Source: Veleropilina oligotropha (Eukaryota). Taken from it: a stretch of 64,000 nucleotides of DNA. The DNA lies in contig JBEUKZ010000131.1 in the NCBI GenBank assembly GCA_048128005.1, positions 62,001 to 126,000 on the forward strand. Direction: 5' to 3'. The translations under genes and the position numbers were made by a program. Of this stretch, positions 40,101-52,100 are shown piece by piece. Below the pieces are notes generated by a model. The model was not told where the DNA came from and did no database searches. It saw nothing but the letters and a program-made list of their open reading frames with translations. How positions within the stretch are numbered: the stretch's first letter is position 1; every line of letters begins with the position of its first letter.

Positions 40101-43100
40101 GCATGCATCTTAACCCAAAGGTGTGTCGCATACCAAAAGTAGGTCACTATGACCTACTTTTCATGCTTACCTGCATTTGGTCCAAAATTCCTTTCCACCT
40201 AGGGACACGAAACTTGATGATGTGTGGATGCGTCATAACCCAAAGATGTGGTGCGTACCAAAAGTAGGTCACTGTGACCTACTTTCCACGCTTGACCGCA
40301 TTCGGTCCAAAATACGCTTCCGCTCCATATCTCCCATACCATTTGACCGAGGGACACGAAACTTGATGTGTGCTTGCTTCATATCCCAAAGGTGTGTCAG
40401 TTACCAAAAGGAGGTCACTGCGACAGCCAGTTCCTGGGTCAAGTTCTTTTGTCTGTTTGTGGGGGCATATGATCACTTCTGTGATAAGTAGAGCTTAATT
40501 CAAATTTTACCATAAAATGCTGCTTTTGGACTTATGAATTTTCATTAAAGTTCCTCAAGCATGTTATATATGCAACAATAAGCATACTTTGGCATTTTTT
40601 TGGCAGTTATCACTATTTCATTGTCATCTAACCCTAGAGTAGAAATATTGAAAGCAATTTAATTGAGTTTCTGCATATAAATAGCCATTTTGGATTTAGA
40701 AAATTTTGCTTTTTATACACCTTTTTATATGCTTTATATATCTATTTCAAATTGACAATGTCATCTACTATTGAATGTAAACACAATACTCATGAAATAT
40801 AAGTGATTGGTGCGCAATTCCATGCATGCGAGCCATTTCGAGCTTTAGCTCTTGTTTTAAGTTGCGCTGAGTCATGATATATATGTCTTATAAACTCAAT
40901 CCATTGTGTCATGTTCTGAAGTCTGTCGATATATTAGGGTTCATCAATTTGTTTCCTTTGCAATATTCTTGAATATAAGTACATAAGTACTTCATACATT
41001 TAGAACCTCTTCATTGTAGTCTGTTAATATAACATAAAAATGCACTTAAGATATATTGACACAATTTGGAATATATCCTTCATTTTTCTTTTTTGTATTG
41101 AAGTACGACACCCACTCCCCCCCTCCCCCCCCCCCCCACACACACTTTACTTCCTTGACAATGTAGTGCCCATAATTACATTTTAGTTTACAACATATAA
41201 ATTGTATTGATTTTACGGTATGTTCAATAATATGATGTTCATAAGTGAAGATTTAATATGATAGAAATGTAATTACGACTATTATTAAATGCGTGATATA
41301 CAGTAATCAATTTATTTTTATCAATTTAAATAACTTTTTGTATAAAACATTATTGTTAATGATACATTTCTAAAAATAATTAATTGATAATGGAGTGTAA
41401 GATAGTTAGAATTTGGTATGCTGTTTTCTAGAACATTGATTTTTTTCCAGAAAACTCAACTTGAGATCGAGAAGCATTTGAAAACAGCCGAGCTGCTGTC
41501 CCTTAAGGGGGACACAAAGGGGGAGAAGGACATCATCGTCAACGAACTGCTGAAGATCCACCAGCGATTCCAGGCTCGCATCCACGAGTACCAGACGCTC
41601 CTCAGGATGACCATCCAGTTCTTCAAGAACCTGCATCAGGTACGAGCAGCGACCAACAGCACACCTGACATCATCAGACGAGTTGTGATGAATAAAATGA
41701 TGATAAACAAGTGATGGATACGCAGATTATAATAGCCCAGCCATCGCAAGAAAATAACTATCTTATTATTTATTAACTTAAATTCACACAATGACCAGTT
41801 TTGTTATTTCTAGTTAACCAAAAATAGGTTTTCTTTTATTGATTTTTGGTGGCATAGTAAAAAGATTTCCTTCTGTATGCTGTTTTGAACTGATTTATTT
41901 TGTTAAATGTGTCATTTGTAAAATATATTTGAGAGAAACTTGCTGACAAGTGTCCTTGGTTAACCGTTAACAATAAGTATGTATATGTATACAAGATTTT
42001 TCTGAACAATCCGTCAGTATTTAAGCTATCTAAAAATATTCATACACTTTAAGACAAAAACATTATCCTTGCTTGTAGCTGGATATGCTGATCGAGAGAA
42101 CTGAAAAGGAGTACATGGAATCGGAACTTCCGACCGACGTCGTCCGCGCCGAGTCGATGCTGGAGGAACACAAACACAAGAAACAAGAAGTCAGCAAACT
42201 GATCAGCTTCACCGCAGATGAAGGGGAGCAGATCGTATCCAGAGTGCGACAGCAGGTGAGAACACAGGTGTACTGTAGAGGGGCAGATCGTATCCCGAGT
42301 GCGACAGCAGGTGAAAACAGAGGTGTACTAGTACTGTAGAGGTCAGATCGTATCACGAGTGCGACAGCAGGTGAGAACAGAGGTGTACTAGTACTGTAGG
42401 GGTCAGATTGTGTCCCGAGTGCGACAGCAGGTGAGAACAGGGGTGCACTAGTAATGTTGGGGTGAGATTGTGGCCTTAGTGCGACAGCAGGTGAGAACAG
42501 AGGTGCACTAGTACTGTAGGGGTCAGATTGTGTCCCGAGTGCGACAGCAGGTGAGAACAGAGGTGTACTATAGGGGGGCAGATCATGAGAACAGAGGTGG
42601 ACTGTAGGGGGGGCAGATCGTGTCCTGAGTGCGACAGCAGGTGAGAACAGAGGTGCACTAGTACTGTAGGGGTCTGATTGTGTCCCGAGTGCGACAGCCG
42701 GTGAGAACAGAGGTGCACTAGTACTGTAGGGGCAGATCATATCCCGAGTGCGACAGCAGGTGAGAACTGAGGTGTACTAGTACTTTAGGGGTCAGATTGT
42801 GTCCCGAGTGCGACAGCAGGTGAGTGCGACAGCAGGTGAGAACCGCGGGTCAGAGGTGTACTGTAGGGGGGGGGGGGGCAGATCATGTCCTGAGTGCGGC
42901 AACAGGTGAGAACAGAGGTAGACTGTAGGGGGCAGATAGTGTCCTGAGTGCAGCAACAGAGGTGGACTGGAGGCTTCGCAAGAGTAGGTTCGAGTCTTCG
43001 TTTCGTTGACTTTGTCAAGTTAACAGTCACAGTTATACAAAACAGAATGGGGTGGTTGGCTTCAGGAAATCCACGCTTCCCTTCCTCAATAATAGTGACA

Positions 43101-46100
43101 TGTCGATATGACCAAATATGTTAACTGAGACAATAATCAAAAGCATTACTCGATTCAGATGAATACTGATTTGCATTATTGGCAAGTCCGTGGTCGATGT
43201 TGAGAGCTACAATTCTGATTTATTGTTTATTCCTCCTGTTCCAGGACTCCGAAGTGGTCGCCTCGGATGAAGTACAACGAGTCCTACATGTCACCGATGA
43301 ATACAAACACCGCTGGAACAGCTCCTGGGTGGAACAGGAGCAGCGTCTGCAGCAGAACCTCCAGATCTGCCAGTTCAACTTTGATCTCAGACAGGTCAGC
43401 CAACTTTATCATTAATAAACCAAGAATTTATCGTAATTTTTGTGCAATTTTTATCATTTCCACTATATCTGATTTTGTGTTAGATGTATTTCTATAACTG
43501 CGTCTCTTTTCGCAGATTCATTCCGAAATTGACGAATTACACAGACACCTGCAGTCGCGCCATGGTAACTATGGCAACTCGCTGTCCGCCGCCAAGATGA
43601 CTTCACAGGCATTCAAGCAGTTTGAGATGACAATTCAGGTGAGGCGGCAGATTCTATGAATTATTAATGAGGGTCGGTTCTTTCTCGCAAAGTTGACGTC
43701 TATTGCACCTTCCACTTCTAACATAGTGTTATGGAGGATATATTTAACGATATCCTGGGGCGGCAAGTTTGATACGTATGTTTATCCTGTGAGCTTTGAA
43801 AATATCACAGGAGGTGAAGTCGAGTGTGATATTGTCATAGCAAACAGGATAAACGTATGTATCAAACGAGAAGTCGCAGGGTAACATTTTTATATTCACT
43901 TTATTTAAAAAAATATCTAACTTTATATGCCTGTCAATGCTGAACTAAGCAATGAATAACGTCATGTTAAATTGTACCTTGCGGGTTATTCTAAGCGCAA
44001 ATAACCTGGATATTTGAAAAGCTGAGGAATAGTTTAAACATTCATTATATGATTGAATCTTAGAGAAATAATTGAAAACAATTGATTATCTTCGTATTTG
44101 ATATGAAAACGTCGAGTTTGACATGAGTATTTGTCAATTAAACTCCACGTTACGTCTTTTTGACCAATCAGACATCGCAAATTTTGTGAAATGAAAATAA
44201 CAAGTGATGCGATACAGCAAAGGTGAAATGTTTGACAAGACTACATTTTATATGCAACTGCATCAGTCGTCACTTTTAACGTTATTGGCAATGCCATTTG
44301 TTTAACTTTGTATCATTACTTTTAAATCATTCATGCCACTAGAAGTTTTTCATATCGGATTATAAAAATTTAAAACCAAATGTCTGCAACCAGAGGCTAC
44401 GACATCATCAATAGTAGCTTTGACCCGTCCTCGCACTGTGAAATATTTTCTTCATGTTGCATGGTCTTCAACTTTAATATGTAGCTAACATTAGATTGCG
44501 TAATGTAATGTTCGCTACAATAGAACTAACCCTTGCATCCAGGGAACCCAGCATGGATGAATGAGACAAAATTGTAAAATCTAAAGTTCTTGAATTTTAC
44601 TTTCGGCACATTCGTCAATTTGACACCAAGATGGCAAAGATCTGTCTCTCAATGATGGAGGAAACCCGGCTTAAGAAACACAAACTGCGTATTTAGATAT
44701 AAGATATGTTCTCACTGATATTATTGTTATGCATATATAATACCACCCCTACTAATCGCCGTATTACCATCTGATCGCAGTTGATTGAGAAGAAGATCGA
44801 CAGCTTCGTCAGCACGGCCGAGTTGATGGTTCAGGACAAGCACTACGACTCGCAGCACATCTGGCGAGAGATCGACGTCCTACGCAACAAGTGGAGCACG
44901 TTTCACACCAGTGTGCACGACTACCGCAACCTGCTGGAGGTCTCCATCATGTACTACCAACTCTTTGAGGAGGTAAGCTTTGGATCCATGCTTAATGTCC
45001 TATTTTTAGCACACATCATATCAGGACATGTTATCATAAAATCTAAAAGCTTTGTCACTTGGAAAAGTCTGGACTATAGTAACTGTTAACTGAACAAAGT
45101 GTCTGACCCAGGAGAGAGAATTCGGAGACTTCACTGCTCTCCAGTCGGCTACCGGTGCGGCCTCTCGGAAGCAGATTTGAGTAGTGGATCAATGCAAAAA
45201 CCCTGACAATTGAGCAATATATAAAATGCAAGTGAGCCATGTCAGACTGATAATTTATCAAACGTATAAATTCGCACGATGGTTGGTCACGGTTAACGTT
45301 TTATAATGTTAAGCATTTTAAAATGTAATTTTGTATAATGCCATCCCTTTTGTACTTTAGTCTGAGCAATGGCTCAAGGATGGCAGCCAGATGCTGCTTA
45401 CCATCACGCGCAAGTCCACAGCCTGCAAGAGCGCAAACGAAGCAGATGATCTCCTGAAGAAGATCAGCACCTACGTTAAAGACGGCACACCAGTGCAAGA
45501 GCATCGCATGAAGAAGATGTCAGAATACTCCGTCCAACTTTACGGTACATGTCCTAGAGGCAGTCGTTTACATTTTAAATATTCTTCAATGTTCATGTCA
45601 ACAAGTAGAGGAATGTTTTCAAAATATGATAAATATCGAAGTATCTTGTTTGGATCAAGGCAATGACTTCATGTGTAATGGGTGGGAGTTATCATCACCA
45701 TTCATTTGAAATTATTGAACAGTGTTATTATGAGATGTCAATATAACTGCTGCTCAGTCATACATGATGTAAAAGATAAGAGGCATACCCAACAAAAATA
45801 GTGTTCATAATTTATGTCCATTATTCATAGATAATATATGGCCAAAACACGAGACTTGTGCCTAATTCCGTCATGCCACATTTTATTGTCCAGTATTCAT
45901 AGCATACATTTGGTCATGTGACTTACAGCAAATTACTTCATGCCACGTGTTATTGTTCAACATTCATAGATAACATTTGGCCACCACAAGTGAATTCCGG
46001 CTCAATCTGTTGTAATTATTTGCAGGCGACCAGGGCCCGAGCCGCGTTCGTCACATCGAGGTTCAGTTTCAGGACCTCATTCAGGCATTCCAGCAGGCCG

Positions 46101-49100
46101 ACAACGAGATCAGTAGGCTGAAGCACAACCTGCAGAGTCGCGAGGTGAGAACCAAGGCCCCTTATGTCCATCAAAAAAACTTAAATGCCGATTGTATTCC
46201 CAGATAATAATCAGTGATACCATGGATTTGTCTTCTTTTTTTGGCACCACGTCTGTATAGATTCTGTTAGATAATTTTCTATGATTGCCTAAACTGTCTT
46301 ACAGCTACACTGTTGTTAATGTTTTTTTAATTGAATACTGATATACATTTTGCTGAGTGACCTTGTTATTACAACATACATGATCTTAAATTTTCCTGTA
46401 GTGTTACTCAAATCAGCATTATAGCATACTTAAAAATATGTCCATAATCTTGAAAATCTAATTTCTTCACTGTTTTACAGGCACAGCCGAAACCTGTTTT
46501 TGAGCAGATGGCTGAGCCAATGGAGGTCACTCCGGCCGCCGAAGCTCCAGCCGTCCAGCCGCCCCGCATCATACAGCATCTTAAGAATGCCGAAGTCATG
46601 GAGGGCAGCAGGTGAGCCCTGCATCACAATAATTATACAGTCCGACATTCCAAATGCGGTTATTTGTCATCCAGCAAGACTCAAACTTATATAACTCAGA
46701 ATTTTGAGTTTTGTTTCATTACTTCATTATAATTTCAATTCATGAGCAATGACAATAGGACAGCAAATATAAAGTTACTTTAATTTGATATATGTTAATG
46801 TCAATGTTATGTCATCTGTGTGCGCTGAAACGCAGCCTGTCACAACACCTGGTCTCTGCTTGAGGACGAAGCACACCGGTTCCAATTGTCCCCCCTGTTT
46901 TCAGGTTCACCTTCGAGTGCCACATTCTGAGCGCCAGTCCGACCGAGGTGAAGTGGTTCAAGGACAGTCTGCCACTCAACAGCCCCGACTATGAGACCAA
47001 GTTCAACAACAAAGTGGCGACGCTGACCATAGAGGAGACGTTCTCGGAGGACACCGCTCGCTACACGCTGCGAGTCAGCAACCAAGCGGGGCTGACCGAG
47101 TCATCAGCTCACCTCTATGTGAAAGGTACGTCAATGTGACTATACCATGTGGGAAGAAAAAATAAACAGATTGCAAAGGTTTCAATGCTCAGTGCAAGAG
47201 TATCCATATTTTACTTTTTCTTTGTCCCAAAAAATGAAAAGTAAAATAATGTCTTACAATTTCGTAATTTTCATTTTCATGAAAGGTAAAATTGACAATA
47301 TTGTTATTAAATGCTAAAAAATAAAAGTTCCAAGGTTAATTAATATTTAATATATGTTTTTATTAAATTATTATGATACTCTTTAGAATTACATGTACTC
47401 GAGAAATATTTAGTATACAAAATTTTATCCTGTCACCATCATGCATCATACTTACACTTATCACCTCTACTCATCAGCTAAGTCTTACTCTCATTGATTT
47501 GCAGAAACTCACCAACAAATAATCCCCCCTGATTTCATCAAGAATTTGAAATCAGTTGACGTTCTTGAAGGTTCACCTTTCGTTTTCGAGTGCCACGTTA
47601 ACGGCATTCCGTCGCCAGCCATTTCTTGGTTCAGAGACGACCAGAACATAGACAATTCTCCCGACTTTGTCATCACTAAAATTAATGGCAGTTGTTGCTT
47701 GAAGATACGTAAAGTTTCTCGCAACCATAATGGCCGCTACACGTGCCGCGCCGTCAACTCTGGTGGGGAGATGGCTTCTGCCGCCCGCCTCACCGTCATA
47801 TGTAAGAATATGTGGCGCGTCTGCATGCGTGTTGTAAACAAAAAACGTTTGTGTGCATCTACAGCATCCCACCTCAAAGAAAGACCTCTTGATTCTTCCT
47901 ACGATTATATGTAGCTGCATGCTAACATGCCCAGATCCCCTAATGAAAGTTATTAAAAAACATATATTATACAAGTTTTGTAATTTCAAAATATATATTT
48001 TTTGTTGGTTTGTGCATTTTTACATTATTATTTGGTAGCTGTTGTGCATTTCCCAACTTGATAATTCATGGTGTTTTTTAGCCGCGATATTTTTGTTTGA
48101 TAAAATAGGTAGAATGATACATCATAACACGCTTATACAAGCAAATGGTTAGACCGCATTTAGAATATGCAGTGCAAGCATGGAGCCCATATCTTGCAAA
48201 GGATATCAAAATTCTTGAAAGTCGAAGAAGAGCCACAAAATTGATAGGCGAATTGAGAGAATTACCTTATGAGGATAGTCTAAGAGCACTTAGCCTCACA
48301 ACATTGTCTTTGAGAAGGACACGGGGGGGATATGATTCAGGTATTTAAAATGTTCACAGGAATTGACAATGTTGAGGGTACTTTCGTTTTTCAGATGAAC
48401 CAAAGACCTACCAGGGGCCATAAATACAAAGTTTACAAAAAAAGATTCTGACTAGACGTTAGAAAACACTTTTTCTCAAATCGGGTTGTCGATGAATGGA
48501 ACAGTCTTCCTAGTAATGTAGTAGAATCAACATCTGTAAACCAATTTAAAAACCGCATAGATGATTATTTTAAGAAACAGGGCAGGCTATAGATCACCAG
48601 AAACGACAATGGGTTTTAATATGAGTGGCAGTAATGCACTTCCTAAACCCAAACAAATTATATTTAAATAAATCTATTTAAAACATAGCCATTAGTTTAA
48701 TAACAAGAGTGAGTTCGAATCCACAGAGTTTATTGGAACATAAAGGATCAATTCAAACCATACCAAGATATGAGAGGTGTTGTCCAAAGAGTTTGCATGT
48801 GTAACTTTTCCTAAATGTTGTAAATGTTAGACAGGAAGTTGCATGTGTGGTTGGTTATGCTGAATTTAAAATGTTTTGTTATTAATAATTAGAGAACAAA
48901 TCTTCTTCATACAGTTCTTGAATGATAAATGTTATCAATATATTAAAACATGATTTATATTAATTTATCGAAATAACTATTTATAATAAACGACAACTCT
49001 GCAACAATAAGTAAACTTGCTCCACCTACGATGTTTCTTGATATGGTTTTGTATAAATTGTGTACATTTTGTGTTTTATGCATAGATTTGCTTTGTTTTC

Positions 49101-52100
49101 AGCTCTTGAGAAGCCCGTGATTCACGAGCCTCTGTCTGACGTGATCAGTCCGGAGGGAAAACCAATCCGGCTGCGCATCCGGTTTTCTGGATCCCCGCAG
49201 CCCGAGATCAGCTGGTACCGTGGGATCGACCGCATCGTGCCCTCCAATATATACAAGGTATGAGATCATGTGCTAATGTTATCAAACACGTATATTTGCT
49301 CGCAATGTAAATTTTATGAATCATATGTTTTATCTGTGGGTGCAGCGATGGTTTTATCTGTGGGTGCAGCGATGGTTTTATCTGTGGGTGCAGCGATGGT
49401 TTTATCTGTGGGTGCAGCGATGGTTTTGCGAGTTTTGTAATGATTGTTTAGCTTCTGTCGGCAGGCTCTGACTAGAAACTAGAATATGTCATGTTTTGAT
49501 GAATGTTTACAATGTTTTATGAAAATATTGAACTTGATTTCTTCCAGATGACCATTGAGATGAACCATTCGATTTTGGACATCACCGAAGCATTTCCGGA
49601 GGATTCCGGTTCGTATTCGGTCATGGTGAAGAATGCTGCCGGTGAGGTGCACTCCAGCTGCCAGATCACGGTGGAGAGCTTCTACTCCAGCACCGCGTGA
49701 GTTACCAGAAAAACATGGCTTAGCATATGTAGCCGAAGAGAAAACTAGAATTAACAACAAAGATTGAGTAACATGAAGTAACATTGTCAAGAACTTTCTG
49801 GCTGTCAGATATTGGTTTTATGTTGTAATTTTTAATAGCAAAGGTCTAATGCAGGGTTAATAATTTCCCTTTGTCTGCGACATAAATATTACAATGAGAC
49901 GCAACCAATTTTTCCAAAACATTACACTGAACTATGTGAGCATTTGAAATGGTGTGATCTGGATTTAAAATGTTTTACAAATTAATTGATTATCACAGTT
50001 AGCATGCAATCCTGATAACTGAATGGACTGGTTTAAATACCATAAAAGCAGCATTCAATGTAAATCATGTGATACTTTTATGTCATGTCAATGTTTGTGA
50101 ACAATATTTAAATGATAAATGTGTTACTTTGTTTCAGCGATGAAATGTCTCAAGCGTCAACTGAGGCAGAACCTCTGAAGCCGACCTTCACTCAGCTCCT
50201 ATCTCAGTCCAAGGATGTCACAGAGGGAAGTCGTGTGAGACTGGACTGTGTGATTGTGGGACACCCGGAGCCTGAGGTTGGTACCATTGAAATAGTATTA
50301 TATGATGTGTTTATATTAGAATTTGATTGCGTAACAGTAATTATGTTGAAAAAAGATTTAATTATCATGTGGCTCTTATTTTTATACCTGAACAGATGGT
50401 CAGAAATCCCTATTTTTTATGCCCCATCAATTTATTGTGTGGGGGCATTTAGATTTACCCTTGTCCGTCCGTCCCATCCCGAAATCCAGTATTTGCTTGC
50501 AAGTAACTCCGAAAACCAGTATTTGCATGCAAGTAACTCCGATATTTGCTGCCCCTATGGTCAAGGCTGCCAGTGGACACATTTTCAAGTTGTTCTAAAG
50601 TTACATATGTACTGACCTTTTATATCTTAGATGTAAATCATTTACGCACAAAGGACTAACAATATTAGTTTTGCTCGTGACCATGTGGAGTAGAAGCTAT
50701 TTATTTTGCTTCTTCCTTTCTGGTGTTCCGTGTATTGGTCGATGATTGTCATTTACCAATATCCATAATAATGCTAGGTCTAATAAAATCTGCTGGCTTT
50801 CTCCACAGGTGATCTGGTTCCGCAACGAGAAGCCGGTGAAGGAGTCCAAGGACATCCAGCTGCTATTTGAGGGCGACCGCTGCACTCTCGTCATCCGGGA
50901 AGTGTTCATCAAGGATGCCGGGGCGTACAAGTGCGTGGCCCGCAACGCCCACGGTGTGGAGGAGAGTACCAGCCAGCTCCACGTGGAACGTGAGTAGTCG
51001 TGTAGTTGTGATGTCGAACACAAGTAGCACTGCCAACTCCACATGGAACGTGAGCAGTGTATTAGTGATGTCGAACACAAGTAGCATCTACCTGGTCCAC
51101 GTGGAACGTGAGTGGTGATGTCGAACGCGAGTTGTGCCTGCCAGCTCCACAAGGAACGTGAGTAGTCGTGTACAGTGGATTCCACTTAATTTCATAACGC
51201 TTAATTGCATTTTACGGATATTTGCATAATATTTGCAGGACCAGAATAGATTACTATTGTTATCATATGCAAATAATCGCTTGTTCCAAAATAATTTTCA
51301 ATTCCGGAAAAGTCTGAACTGAAAGTTCAGTAAACATCGTTGCAGTGCAGAAATGTTACGGAAATGAGCGATGTCAGTCTGGGAAATTATGGCAGATATC
51401 GATCGATAAGGTACAGTAGGCCCTGCATTGTGTCGGCATCAAAAGGGATATTTTAATTTTGTCTTTTGATAAATTAAAAAAAATAAGATCTATAAACGAT
51501 CGCCTTTGTCTTATTTCTGAATTAGCAAATTCACACACGATAATCGGATTAAAAATCTATTGTCCAGAGTCTAAATGACAGACTTTTGGGTTTATCTGAA
51601 TGCAAAATCAAAGATTAGGCTTACGAATCAATGTAAAAGGTGCTGTTACATATATTCATGTGAACATCACTTAGTTCGCCGATAAATTACATTACTATAA
51701 GACAACAGGAACACTTGTAACAATTAACGTGGCTGTTCTTATAAAATGAAAAATATTATCTCCCTTGTTTTCATAACCGTAGATTCGTCGTTGTGATTTA
51801 ATTATTATTTTAATTTATATATGAAGACAACTTATAAAGTTTTTTATATCATATCATAATATACTGAAATAATTAAATCTCGCTAGAAATAATTATTCAA
51901 CAATTGTAGAAAAAAATCGATTCGAGATTAAAACATAGGCTAATTTTTCAACATGGCGGCCAATAACGCGACACGTGTTCAGCGGAAGAGAAACGTTGTG
52001 AATATGAATTTCCACACAATAGTAATGTATCAAATGCGACGATATGCTTTCGAAACCCATATCAATTCTACTGAAACAGGCTAGTTACCTTCAGGTCAGA

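Noticed and set aside
42063..42740. 225-aa minus-strand ORF
   Set aside because: Antisense of exon 16 and its echo array.
42256..42970. CRISPR-like look (conserved core with variable intervening DNA)
   Set aside because: Intervening segments are homologous to each other, the core is an exon/donor copy, the context is a eukaryotic intron, and there are no cas genes.
47461..47480. tcacctcta and tcatcagct resembling the end of exon 23
   Set aside because: Two 9-mers in swapped order without a splice site; cannot be separated from chance.
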